A stretch of 64,000 nucleotides of DNA from Patescibacteria group bacterium. Lineage in GTDB: Bacteria; Patescibacteriota; UBA1384; DATEAH01. The DNA lies in NCBI GenBank assembly GCA_035288465.1, contig DATEAH010000005.1:131636-195635 (forward strand). Direction: 5' to 3'. The notes under the pieces were generated by a model that saw only the letters and a list, made by a program, of their open reading frames with translations, was not told the DNA's origin and made no database searches. The position numbers and the translations under genes are program-made. Below, piece by piece: positions 39,580 through 49,246 of this stretch. Numbering within the stretch: the stretch's first letter is position 1; each line of letters opens with the position of its first letter.

Positions 39580-39852
39580 ATGCCTAGAGCGCAGAAATGG
39601 GACAAAGATAGAGCGGAATTTTGCGCTGCGCGAGATTTGCATCATGCTCTTAAACCTTATTATTCCGATAAAGTCTTGGCAGGAGTTTTGCCTGGCCGCA
39701 AAGAAGAACTTTCAGCCAGAAAAGGAAGAAAAAGAAAACGTCGAGAAGCAGAAGCTACTGGAAGTGTAAGAATTGTCGGAGAAAATTCCACTCCGAAACA
39801 AAAACCCGAAAAAACAATAATACCAAGACGAAAGAAAGGTGATCCGAAATGA
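39580..39852 (+). CDS. Basic hypothetical protein
   Basis: AAGGAGG RBS; ATGA overlap with the next gene. Confidence 0.55.
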   Translation: MPRAQKWDKDRAEFCAARDLHHALKPYYSDKVLAGVLPGRKEELSARKGRKRKRREAEATGSVRIVGENSTPKQKPEKTIIPRRKKGDPK

Positions 39853-40346
39853 TCTGGCTACTCTTCGTGGAAACGCCGATTGCTTGGATATTGAGCGGTT
39901 ATATGCTATATTGGGTTTTTTCTTCTTCGCTGCCGACATCTGAAAGAAAAAGATTATTCCTGACCCAATTTTTACCTCTGTTTTTTGTACATTTTGTCGC
40001 TAAATATATTGGCCAAACCCGTTTTTATACTCCGCTATATATCGAAAAAGGTCCTCTATTTAGCGATGTTATGATCTGTATGCTTTTAGGCTGGTGGATA
40101 TATGTAATCGCATTCTACTGGTTTGAACTAAAGAAAAAGTCGACATCAACCCAAAGGGATTTCCTTCAAGTGCATGCGCTCCTCGGTTTCTTGCTGGCTT
40201 TTGTTGGTTATTTTGGCTTTTTGTTCTACTACCACGATTTATATATTGCAATTCCTGTTTTTTGGGTTTATCTGGTCTTTTCTCTTATGCTTTGGATTGC
40301 AGGAGAACATCTAGATCTAAAACTTAAACCCAAGGAGACAAAATAA
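39849..40346 (+). CDS. Multi-pass membrane hypothetical protein
   Basis: AAGGTGA RBS; about five TM helices. Confidence 0.7.
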   Translation: MIWLLFVETPIAWILSGYMLYWVFSSSLPTSERKRLFLTQFLPLFFVHFVAKYIGQTRFYTPLYIEKGPLFSDVMICMLLGWWIYVIAFYWFELKKKSTSTQRDFLQVHALLGFLLAFVGYFGFLFYYHDLYIAIPVFWVYLVFSLMLWIAGEHLDLKLKPKETK

Positions 40347-40551
40347 GCCGATGAAAACAGCGTCAAAAAGATCGTTAATACGGACGCCGCTGAGGGCTAG
40401 ATTTTATTGCTTGAGAGAAATGGCTCTTCGGACTCGTCTTTGGCCAACGGAATTAGTTAGATTCCCGGAAAAATCCCAAATTAAAACCAAATTAAATCCA
40501 AGAACCTGATTGGTGTATCATTTTTTGCCCACACCTGTTAGGTTCTTTTTT

Positions 40552-40613
40552 TATGGGTTCGATGCCCATAATCCCGCATTCCTCGCGTCACGATAGGAAA
40601 ATCTGCGGGATAA
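40552..40613 (+). repeat. 62-bp dispersed double-hairpin repeat, copy B
   Basis: TATGGGTTCGATGCCCATA ATCCCGC...GCGGGAT. Confidence 0.85.
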
Positions 40614-40622
40614 CTTGCGAGA

Positions 40623-41615
40623 TCAATTTTTTTCGCAGACGCGCATTTTGGCGGAGCGGCTTTTGGGATTTTGCTCAATTTCTGCAGGTGCAGGTACCAG
40701 AGGTTTTGAGGTCAAGATTTTAATTTTGGGTTTTTTGCCGCAAACGCAAACCGGCGCTTTTGGCGGACATTCGCAAGGATTAGCGAGCTGACGGAAAGTT
40801 TTTTTCACTAAGCGATCTTCGAGGGAATGAAAAGAGATAATTATTAATCTCGCGCCGGGCATTAAAACATCAGCAAATTCAAAAATGGCTTTTTCTAAAT
40901 TTTCAAGCTCTGAATTTACTGCCATTCGCAAAGCGCGAAAGATATTTGTCGCAAAATGTTTTTCGCGGCTATATCGCCACTTTGGCGGGGTAGCGGTTTT
41001 GATAATTTCCACTAATTGATTGGTAAAAGTTATTTTTTGGGTTTTTCTGGTAATAATAATTTGCTTTGCAATCCGACCAGCAAATGGGGACTCCCCTAAC
41101 TTTGAAAAAATATCCCGCAATTTGGATTCTGGCCATTCGTTGACTATAAGTTCTGCAGTTAGGGTTAGGGTTTGACTTTGGTCTAATCTCATATCAAGTT
41201 TGGCGAGCACATTAAAACTAAAACCGCGGCTGGCAGTTTCTAATTGATGAGTTGAAACGCCTAAATCCAACAAAGCGCCGGAAATTTGTTTTATTTTTAA
41301 TTTTGATAAAATTTGTTTGATATTAGAAAAATTATCCTGTACAAAAATTATTCGCTTTCCAAATTTAGCTAATTTTTTTTGAGAAGCCTTAATCGCTTCT
41401 ATATCCAAATCAATCCCAATAACATTACAGTTTTGAGATTTTCCGCCCGAGGCGGATCCACCTTTGACGGAGAGTTTGGAGATTTGAGTTTTTTCGAGTA
41501 GAGCTCGCGTATGGCCACCGCCGCCCAAAGTCCCATCAACAAAAAAACCACCCTTTTGAGGCTGGAAAAAATTCAAAACTTCATTTGGCATCACCGAAAG
41601 ATGATATTGTTTCAT
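40623..41615 (-). CDS. rsmH: 16S rRNA m4C1402 methyltransferase
   Basis: H.SVM, VDGTLGGGGH, DLGVS..QL...RGFSF, LDMR, ISFHSLEDR.VK, NPKSRSAK.R. Confidence 0.97.
   Translation of the reverse strand: MKQYHLSVMPNEVLNFFQPQKGGFFVDGTLGGGGHTRALLEKTQISKLSVKGGSASGGKSQNCNVIGIDLDIEAIKASQKKLAKFGKRIIFVQDNFSNIKQILSKLKIKQISGALLDLGVSTHQLETASRGFSFNVLAKLDMRLDQSQTLTLTAELIVNEWPESKLRDIFSKLGESPFAGRIAKQIIITRKTQKITFTNQLVEIIKTATPPKWRYSREKHFATNIFRALRMAVNSELENLEKAIFEFADVLMPGARLIIISFHSLEDRLVKKTFRQLANPCECPPKAPVCVCGKKPKIKILTSKPLVPAPAEIEQNPKSRSAKMRVCEKN
41442..41471. repeat. In-frame palindromic insertion in rsmH
   Basis: TCCGCC-CGA-GGCGGA plus a degenerate second unit; encodes SVKGGSASGG; related hairpins at 17246-17262 and 33776-33791. 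Confidence 0.75.
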
Positions 41616-41761
41616 GTTATTATCTAAGGAAAAGGTAAATTAAAAAACCAATCCCGATCGCGATCGCGAGATATAACAAACCGTTATTTTTAGAATTGCG
41701 ATCATCTTGTTCTCTTAATTTGTCCTTGGTATAATCTCGATCCAAAATTCCCATTTTTACC

Positions 41762-42394
41762 TCAATTATTTGGCTGATATTTTAAAGCTTCATCGAAAAC
41801 TTTTTTATTAATTTCATGAAATTTTTCATTCAAACTCTCAGCTACCGCCTGCCAGGCAATTTCTGGCTTAATCGGTAAAATCCCCAAACCAACCGCCATT
41901 CCAAAAAAATAAATATTAGTAGACATTTTATCACCAGTTATTTCCAAAACCTTGTCTTCGACGGCGACTTTAATGACTTTTTTGGCTGATTGATTTATTT
42001 GCGTTTCAAGTTCTTCTAAGTTTACCTGATCGTCATATGGCCAGAATATTCCGGATTCAGCCAGGATAGTAGTTTTTTGCGGTTTTGCCCAATTCTTGGC
42101 ACGGACAGCTTCAATGAAATCCATACCAATAATTAAATCTGCATCGTTATCGGCAACTTGTGGGGAAAAAACTACTTCACCAAATCTAATTTGACATTGC
42201 AAGCTACCACCGCGCTGAGCTAAACCATGTAATTCACTTTCTAAAACCTGAAAACTTTGTTTTTGCGCCGCTGCCGTGACTAATTTTGCCAAAGTGATTA
42301 CACCTTGACCGCCATAACCGGTTAAAATTAAATTAAAAGTTTTATTATCCGAGGCTTGTTTTGTCCCAAAAATTGATTTTATTTTATTTAGCAT
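41762..42394 (-). CDS. iorB: Indolepyruvate:ferredoxin oxidoreductase beta subunit
   Basis: TGYGGQGVIT, SELHGLAQRGGS, ADLII..D..EA.R. Confidence 0.88.
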   Translation of the reverse strand: MLNKIKSIFGTKQASDNKTFNLILTGYGGQGVITLAKLVTAAAQKQSFQVLESELHGLAQRGGSLQCQIRFGEVVFSPQVADNDADLIIGMDFIEAVRAKNWAKPQKTTILAESGIFWPYDDQVNLEELETQINQSAKKVIKVAVEDKVLEITGDKMSTNIYFFGMAVGLGILPIKPEIAWQAVAESLNEKFHEINKKVFDEALKYQPNN

Positions 42395-44234
42395 TTTCAC
42401 CTTCTTTCATGATTTCGACTGAATTTGGGGCGAGCTGCTTGCAAACTGAACAGCCAGTACAAGTGGCCGGATCAATGGCAAGGCCGTTGTCTGTTTCAAT
42501 AAAGGCTGGGCAATGATAAGCGCGTAAAATTTTATTATCTGTCTCGTTTTGTTTTACAATTTGGAATATTGGCAATTTTTGACCTGAATCTTTGGCTTTT
42601 TTGACGGTCATAAGCCGGCACTCGCCTTTGGCGACAAAGACGCTCACGCCTTTTTGGGCATAAGCTGATTTAATGGCCTCAACCGCGTTATTAAAATCAT
42701 AAATGGAAATTGTCTGAACTGCATCAACGCCGCAAGCTTTGACAATCGGTTCAATATCAATTTTTTTCACTACATCGCCTTCGCCGGTGAGGCCAGTGCT
42801 AGGATTGGGCTGATGGCCAGTCATAGCGGTGTAGTTATTATCCATAATGATTAATAAAATATCGCTTTGGTTGTAGACTAAATTAACTAAGGCTGGCAAA
42901 CCGGCGTGGAAAAAGGTTGAATCACCAATAAAGGCGACTGGTTTTTGACTAGTTGTTTTGGAGATGCCATGAGCGATCCCCACGCCAGCACCCATCGCCA
43001 CAACCCAATCCAACATTTGAATTGGTTTGTAAGCGCCGATCATATAACAACCAATATCCCCGCCATATATTTTATCTTCGCCTAAGGCTTTTTTGACCGC
43101 GTTAAAGGTAGCACGGTGCGGACAACCATGGCATAAAAATGGCAAACGGGTCGCCACTTCATTTTTTGCCGGGTTTTCGGCCGGGCTAATCGCCTGAGAA
43201 GCAATGGCTTTGGGCAAATTATCGGCAATGATTTTGGCATTTAGCTCGCCGATTTTGGGAAAATATTTTTCACCGACAATTTGGAGTTTTATGTTTTGAT
43301 CTTGAGCAATTCTTTTTAATTCATTTTCTAAAACCGGCTCTAATTCCTCAATAACGATCACTTTGGTTAATTTTGACATAAACGCGGCGGCTTTTTGGTC
43401 GGGAAATGGTGCGGATAGACCAATTTTAAAAACCGGTAGATTCCTGGCTGATTCTAACATCACTTCTTGTAAATATTGCCAGCTCACCCCTGAAACTGCC
43501 ACTCCAATTTTGCCTTTTTGATTATTCACAAAATTCAAAGGATCAGTTTCTGAAACCTCATTTTTGATTTTGATCATTTTATCTAAGATTTTCGCATGCA
43601 AAGCCACGGTTTGGCTAGCACCCATTTTAAAGCCTTCGGGATTTTTTTCAAACTTGCCTTGAGTCTGATATGAATCTGGAAGTTGGTCAAAATTAACCAA
43701 GCCGCGCACATAGGAAACTCGGGTGGTCATTCTTAAAATCACCGGGATTTTATATTTTGCCGAAACTTCAAAAGCTTTTTTAGTCATGATTCGCGCTTCT
43801 TCGGGGTTTGAAGGCTCTAAAACTGGCAAATGTCCAATTTTAGCTAACAATCTGGAGTCTTGTTCGGTTTGCACCGAACTATAAGATCCCGGATCATCTG
43901 CCACCACCACCACCAATGGGCATCCTAAATATCCCAAAGGCAATAATGAATCCAAGGCAACATTTAAGCCATAATGTTTCATTACCACCATTGATTTGAC
44001 GCCAGCAAATGCCGCACCGGCGGCCGCTTCTAAGGCGATTTTTTCATTGGTGCTATATTCAAAATAAATGCCGACTTTTTTAGCAATTTGGCCGGCGGTA
44101 TCGGAAATTTCTGAAGCTGGTGTTCCAGGATAGCCGGAAATAAAACCCACGCCAGCCTCTAAAGCGCCTCGCACCACCGCTTCATTGCCAAAAATTATTT
44201 CACCTTTTGAATCGCCGATCAAACCATCAGACAT
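42384..44234 (-). CDS. iorA: Indolepyruvate:ferredoxin oxidoreductase alpha subunit
   Basis: GNEA..RGALEAGV, GYPGTP.SEI, NEK.ALE, EQDSR, LCHGCPHR, GDIGCY, IGDSTFFHAG, N..TAMTGHQP, CTGCSVC. Confidence 0.93.
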   Translation of the reverse strand: MSDGLIGDSKGEIIFGNEAVVRGALEAGVGFISGYPGTPASEISDTAGQIAKKVGIYFEYSTNEKIALEAAAGAAFAGVKSMVVMKHYGLNVALDSLLPLGYLGCPLVVVVADDPGSYSSVQTEQDSRLLAKIGHLPVLEPSNPEEARIMTKKAFEVSAKYKIPVILRMTTRVSYVRGLVNFDQLPDSYQTQGKFEKNPEGFKMGASQTVALHAKILDKMIKIKNEVSETDPLNFVNNQKGKIGVAVSGVSWQYLQEVMLESARNLPVFKIGLSAPFPDQKAAAFMSKLTKVIVIEELEPVLENELKRIAQDQNIKLQIVGEKYFPKIGELNAKIIADNLPKAIASQAISPAENPAKNEVATRLPFLCHGCPHRATFNAVKKALGEDKIYGGDIGCYMIGAYKPIQMLDWVVAMGAGVGIAHGISKTTSQKPVAFIGDSTFFHAGLPALVNLVYNQSDILLIIMDNNYTAMTGHQPNPSTGLTGEGDVVKKIDIEPIVKACGVDAVQTISIYDFNNAVEAIKSAYAQKGVSVFVAKGECRLMTVKKAKDSGQKLPIFQIVKQNETDNKILRAYHCPAFIETDNGLAIDPATCTGCSVCKQLAPNSVEIMKEGENAK

Positions 44235-44320
44235 GTGCCTCTCCTTTAAGAACTATTTCGATTATTTTCTATTTCCATTATAACATATTTATTTCGCCAA
44301 AATCCTGGTATAGTATTAAT

Positions 44321-44803
44321 ATGAATTATTTGAAAAAATTAGCAAAAATCATCGGTTTGTTTTTAGCATTGGCAATGGCTGTGGCGGTCATCATTTTTGG
44401 CTATTATTTTATTCAAGCCTTGCGCCAACAAAATTTAAAGGCTGAGGTGATGATAAAAAATCAACAATATCAAGTTGAAATGGTCAAAACTCCCATAAAA
44501 ATGGCTGAGGGATTATCGGGCAGAAATGAATTAGCGACAAATTCAGGGATGCTTTTTGTTTATGACGACAAACAAAAGCGTGATTTTTGGATGAATAAGA
44601 TGAATTTTGATTTGGATATAATTTTTATTGACGATAGTCGCGTGGTAGATTTTGTTACCCTGAAAAAACCGGAAAGTTCAAACAAAATTCCAAAATATAC
44701 CAATCTGAAACCGGCAAATTTTGTTTTAGAAATACCTGCTGGTGAAGCGAAAAAATTAGGGCTAAAAATTGGCGACATGGTTGAAATTAATCAATCTCAA
44801 TAA
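44321..44803 (+). CDS. DUF192 protein
   Basis: GLSGR..L....GMLFVY, FWMNKM.F.LDIIFID, VLE.PAG...K.G.K.GD. Confidence 0.9.
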   Translation: MNYLKKLAKIIGLFLALAMAVAVIIFGYYFIQALRQQNLKAEVMIKNQQYQVEMVKTPIKMAEGLSGRNELATNSGMLFVYDDKQKRDFWMNKMNFDLDIIFIDDSRVVDFVTLKKPESSNKIPKYTNLKPANFVLEIPAGEAKKLGLKIGDMVEINQSQ

Positions 44804-45008
44804 TTTTGTGGCGCGATTTTTCGCCTTTTTGAATAGTGATTTGGCTTTTTTTAATTTTAAAATAATCAGCTAAAATTTCAACGAGAGCCTTGTTGGCTTT
44901 ATTTTTTTGGGCAGGTTTGGTTAAATAAACTTTTAAGCCGTCTTCGGTTTCTTTGACGGTATTTAGTTTGGCTTTGGGAATAACTTTCACTTTAATAATT
45001 TTAGTCAT
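44787..45008 (-). CDS. DUF167 (YggU) protein
   Basis: VKV.PKA, KAN.ALV..LA.YF...KS.I.I..GEKSR.K. Confidence 0.9.
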   Translation of the reverse strand: MTKIIKVKVIPKAKLNTVKETEDGLKVYLTKPAQKNKANKALVEILADYFKIKKSQITIQKGEKSRHKIIEID

Positions 45009-45429
45009 TTTCTAAAAATAGCCCCTCTAAACCGGTTTTAGGTTCTAATTTGCGAATCATTTTAAGGTTTGATTTTAATAGTACAATTTCTCCGGTAGTT
45101 TCAATGGTGCCGGAAATTAAATGTCCACCAAGGGTTTTTTTATTTTCATCGCCCAAAACTGCGTGTAAATGGAATTTATAATCTGATTTTTGTTCTGAAA
45201 TCATACCAGATAGTTGTAAAAGCTCATGGGCTTTTTTAAAATTTTGGGGTAAATATTCAGCTTTGGTTTTAAAAAAACCGAGCTCAAAATTTTTTAATTG
45301 TCCTAAAGCGGAAATAATAATGGCGGTTTGGATATGGTGATTTTGGCAAATTTGCTCTAAACTTTTGAACAAGTCTTTGTCTGGAAATAATCTGGTAATA
45401 ATGAGATTGTTATTTTCTTGAGATTGCAT
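45001..45429 (-). CDS. DUF296 / PPC domain protein
   Basis: E...LSG, HLHAVLG....K..GGHL. Confidence 0.88.
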   Translation of the reverse strand: MQSQENNNLIITRLFPDKDLFKSLEQICQNHHIQTAIIISALGQLKNFELGFFKTKAEYLPQNFKKAHELLQLSGMISEQKSDYKFHLHAVLGDENKKTLGGHLISGTIETTGEIVLLKSNLKMIRKLEPKTGLEGLFLEND

Positions 45430-45501
45430 TTTCGCCTCCTTGGATATTATATTGGAATTTTAAATCTGATTCAAATTATTCGATGTCGTCATTAAGGGAT
45501 A

Positions 45502-45563
45502 TAATCCCGCAAAGTTTTCTATTCTGACGCAGGGAAAGCGGGATTGTGAGTATCAAACCCATA
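45502..45563 (-). repeat. 62-bp dispersed double-hairpin repeat, copy C
   Basis: Reverse complement matches copy B at 49/62 ungapped. Confidence 0.85.
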
Positions 45564-45705
45564 AGAACCTCTCGCTTCGCTCGAGAACCTTGTTGCGTGC
45601 TTGCGCTACCCCTTCGGGGCGGCGGCTTCGCCTGGCAAGCGATGCAATAAAAAAATCCCGTCAAGGTAAAAAGTAAAAACCCTAACGGGTGACAAATTGG
45701 TTTAA

Positions 45706-46629
45706 TTATTTAGCTAAAGTGCGTGAGGGACATTTCGGTTTTTTGGGTTTCGGCTGATATGTAGTTGGATCATCATATGGAGTACGCTTTCTATTATGGA
45801 TCAGCCATTCTCGCAATTCTCGTTGATATTGTATTTCAGCATATTCATAATTTAACAGTTCCTGGGCGCAATTTTTAATTTGTTCGCAATTTTCAATTTC
45901 CAAACCATTCTCGAGCCGCAAGACTCCAGCCAAATCATATCGTGACCGGTCTGTCCAATCAGCTTGTATCTCTTGGAAGGCTTGTTCTGGATTCGCAATC
46001 AACTCTTGCAATTCGGAAAATCTTTTGACTTCATATTCTTTCTCTATCTCACTAGCTTTAAATGTGCCGATTGTGTAACTTGTGACGCCAGCATCAAGAA
46101 GTTCTTGCCTTCTGATAATCCATTTCAGTAAAATTGTACCAGCAGTTCGATAGTAATAAACCATTTCCCGATGATTTGGAGATGATTGGTGAAGATGTTT
46201 TCTCAAATCCGAATCTTCAAAATAACCGAAAACCTGACCTTTTTGGGGCATAATCTCTGATAATTCTCGATGCTTGGTCAGCAATTCATCTTCCGGGACA
46301 TCAGGTGAGGCTAGCACTAAATCTACGATTTCCTGCAAAAGGCTTCTCGCCTGATCCGCAATGACTCGGTCAGTGGTGAGCTGCTTGACGGCCATTTGCG
46401 ACACCTCCGGTGGTTGGGTTTTCAGTCGATCTGTATCAAAACCCGAAAGAAGATGCACGGCTCGTTCTGCTTCTCGTTGTTCTGCCTCGTTAACGCAATA
46501 TGTTCCACCAGAATTATTGGGATGTTTTATCTGCGCTCGAATTCGTTCAAATTTTGCATGAATCGGCGTCCAAACCCGGTTTGGCCGTCGTTTTCGCAAA
46601 CCTCTCACCTCCGTAGGCATTAATAACAT
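45706..46629 (-). CDS. Hypothetical protein (ORFan-like)
   Basis: 307-aa open frame with a downstream terminator; no recognised motif. Confidence 0.7.
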   Translation of the reverse strand: MLLMPTEVRGLRKRRPNRVWTPIHAKFERIRAQIKHPNNSGGTYCVNEAEQREAERAVHLLSGFDTDRLKTQPPEVSQMAVKQLTTDRVIADQARSLLQEIVDLVLASPDVPEDELLTKHRELSEIMPQKGQVFGYFEDSDLRKHLHQSSPNHREMVYYYRTAGTILLKWIIRRQELLDAGVTSYTIGTFKASEIEKEYEVKRFSELQELIANPEQAFQEIQADWTDRSRYDLAGVLRLENGLEIENCEQIKNCAQELLNYEYAEIQYQRELREWLIHNRKRTPYDDPTTYQPKPKKPKCPSRTLAK

Positions 46630-46819
46630 TATAATTTAAAATTTTCAAAATGCAAATAAAAATTAGAAAAAATTTGACTTTTGGAAATATCATTATAAAA
46701 TTATATTTAAGGAGAAAATTACCAGCAACACAGTGCTGGTTGATATACGCACAAACAGATGGTCAAGCCTTGTTGTCAAGAAGTGAGAGGGCTTGGCAGT
46801 TCTGTTTGATCCTGTCACA

Positions 46820-47520
46820 GAAGGAGGTGATAGATAGACCACACCAAGAGGATGCCGTTAGACAGGACTCGGTCAGGGATCTCAGGGAACTCGGATCAAG
46901 AATCGGATGACGGGATCTACTGGGTCAGAAAGTGCTTCGGATCACGTGGACAGGTGGATCGGTCACAGATCGTGGTCGTGTTGTACCCGGGGGAGGATGC
47001 TCTAAGGTCGACAACGCGGTCAATGAGGATGTCGTAGTCCAAGTGGAAATGCCCATGCGGGCTTGTGGTCCAAGTAGTCTCGCATCCTCCCCCAGTCGCT
47101 CTTCCAGCTTCACCCTGATACACCCGACGACCAAACGTCGTTCCTGCCGGCTAAACCCGTAAATTCGTGCGGGTTTATGCCCCGGCCATCCTTCTCCAGT
47201 TGTGGAGAAAAACACCATGAAGAAGCTCGCCCTCTGCTGACGATCTACACCGTGGTCAACCCCAAACCTTCTCACCCCCGCATCGTTGCGGGACGCCGAC
47301 CCTACTAAGGGAAGGATCACCAGTCTAACTGGAATCGTCGCACCTTCCCTTAGGCCCTCATCGCCTACACGTCTTGGCGCCAGCCAAGAGCACGACCAGA
47401 GGTCGGAGAGGTTCGTCCTCACCCCTCGCCCCGGCTATTGGAGTACTACAAAGAGCATCCTTAGCTGGAGCACCCCCGAGAGTACGAGAGCTTAGCGCGC
47501 TTTCATGCCCCCGGGGTTTC
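46820..47520 (+). pseudogene. GC-rich, probably decayed gene remnant
   Basis: AAGGAGGTGA RBS not followed by ATG; protein-like frames broken by stops; terminator-like CCCCGGGG-T-tract. Confidence 0.3.
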
Positions 47521-47546
47521 TTTTTTATTTAGAACAAAAAAATAAA

Positions 47547-48353
47547 TTATGAGACCATAATATCCCTTTTAGAAAACCAAGCAGCACCAATAACAATTAC
47601 AACCGCGGAAATGCCGATAAAAACTAAATACCCCCAGTGATCAATTTGATTATGGATTAGAGCTTTGGAAGGATTAAAATAATAAAAGAATGAGACATAT
47701 TTTAGATCAGCAAGTTGCTCTTTAATTGAAGAAACAATATTTAAAACGTACATGACCACCAACAAGGCCCCGGAAATAAAATAGACTTTGCCTTTATCAG
47801 AAAAAATTGCCGACAAGAACATCCCAATGCTATAAATGACCAAACCAAATAAAAATGCCAAAAGCGCCATGGTGGCAAAATTTTCAAAAGTATAAGAAAT
47901 TTTAAAAATCTCAATAATGGGAATGGCGATAAAGACCGAGAAAATGACAAAAACCACTAAGCTGGCTAGACCGGCCAAATATCGGCTAATAAATAATTTT
48001 AACCTTGAAATTGGCTGAGCTAACAAAATTTCAATCGTGCCTTTTTCAATTTCGCCAGCAAAAGCCGTGCCGGCAAAACCAACTGACATCAAAACTACTA
48101 ATAATGGCCACATAAACGAAAATTGTTCGGTCGATAAAAAACCTTCAATAGTAGTGAAGTTGGCAATATCGAAATTAAAAGCCTTTAAAAAAGACTCGGG
48201 ATAACTTTTAAACAATTGCTCCATGGCCGCTGATTGGTCTTTAAATGATGGGAACAAAGAAATATACATTAATAACAAGCCAATATTGACTAAAATATAC
48301 ACTAAAAAGACTGATTGTCGATCTTTTAAAATCCGCCAAAACACTGCTTTCAT
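47547..48353 (-). CDS. ABC-2 type exporter permease
   Basis: AGEIEKGTIE.LLAQPISR, six TM helices, F.KRDI end. Confidence 0.92.
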   Translation of the reverse strand: MKAVFWRILKDRQSVFLVYILVNIGLLLMYISLFPSFKDQSAAMEQLFKSYPESFLKAFNFDIANFTTIEGFLSTEQFSFMWPLLVVLMSVGFAGTAFAGEIEKGTIEILLAQPISRLKLFISRYLAGLASLVVFVIFSVFIAIPIIEIFKISYTFENFATMALLAFLFGLVIYSIGMFLSAIFSDKGKVYFISGALLVVMYVLNIVSSIKEQLADLKYVSFFYYFNPSKALIHNQIDHWGYLVFIGISAVVIVIGAAWFSKRDIMVS

Positions 48354-49234
48354 TATTTTTCTCCGCCACGATAAAATTCTAAAAAGACTTCTTCTAAAGT
48401 CGCATGGGTGATTTCTAAATCTTTAATTTGGTTTTTAGCTAATTTCTGCAACACTATATTAATATCGCCTTTAGAATTTAAAACTAAGCCATCTGGCAAA
48501 ACTCGCTCAATAGCAACCTCTTTGGAAATAAAATCATTTTTATTGAATGTATTTTCAAAAATAACCGTAATAATGTGCGTTTTTTTGGCATGAAGTTTTT
48601 CAATATCTTCAAGCGCGATTAATTTGCCAGCTTTAATAATGCCAACTCGACGGCAAAGCCTTTCGACCTCAGCTAAATTATGAGATGACATAAAAATAGT
48701 GGTGCCTGATTTCTCTAAATCTTCTAAAATTTCATAAATGGTATTTTGTAATAACGGATCAAGCCCGACTGTGGGTTCATCCATAATGAGAATTTGCGGA
48801 TTAGACATTAAAGCTAAAATTAAACCTAATTTTTGTTTATTGCCGGTTGATAAATGCTTAAATTTTAATTTGGGGTTAAAGTCTAATTTTTTACACAACT
48901 CGCGGACATTTTGAGACTTACCACGGATCGATTCCACAAAATCAATATGCTCCTGACCAGTCCAGCCATCATAAAGTTGAACGTTGCCGGGTAAATAACC
49001 GACTTTGTCCATTATTTTCACGCTTTGTTTTTGAGCGTCTTGGCTTAAAATTTTAATTTCGCCTGAGGTGGGTTTGATAAAATTCATTAGGCAACGGATA
49101 GTGGTGGTTTTACCAGCACCATTGGGTCCTAAAAAGCCAAAAATTTCGCCTTTTTCGACTTCAAAAGAAATGCCATCAACGGCTTTAGTTTTGCCAAAAT
49201 GTTTTTTGAGATTTGAAACTTCAATCGCTTTCAT
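48353..49234 (-). CDS. ABC exporter ATP-binding protein
   Basis: GPNGAGKTT, LSTGNKQK, DEPT.GLDP, SSH. Confidence 0.95.
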   Translation of the reverse strand: MKAIEVSNLKKHFGKTKAVDGISFEVEKGEIFGFLGPNGAGKTTTIRCLMNFIKPTSGEIKILSQDAQKQSVKIMDKVGYLPGNVQLYDGWTGQEHIDFVESIRGKSQNVRELCKKLDFNPKLKFKHLSTGNKQKLGLILALMSNPQILIMDEPTVGLDPLLQNTIYEILEDLEKSGTTIFMSSHNLAEVERLCRRVGIIKAGKLIALEDIEKLHAKKTHIITVIFENTFNKNDFISKEVAIERVLPDGLVLNSKGDINIVLQKLAKNQIKDLEITHATLEEVFLEFYRGGEK

Positions 49235-49246
49235 TATTTTACAATA

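Noticed and set aside
37472-45563. 62-bp repeats as integron attC sites or CRISPR repeats
   Set aside because: No RYYYAAC/GTTRRRY ends, no regular spacers, and no intI or cas genes
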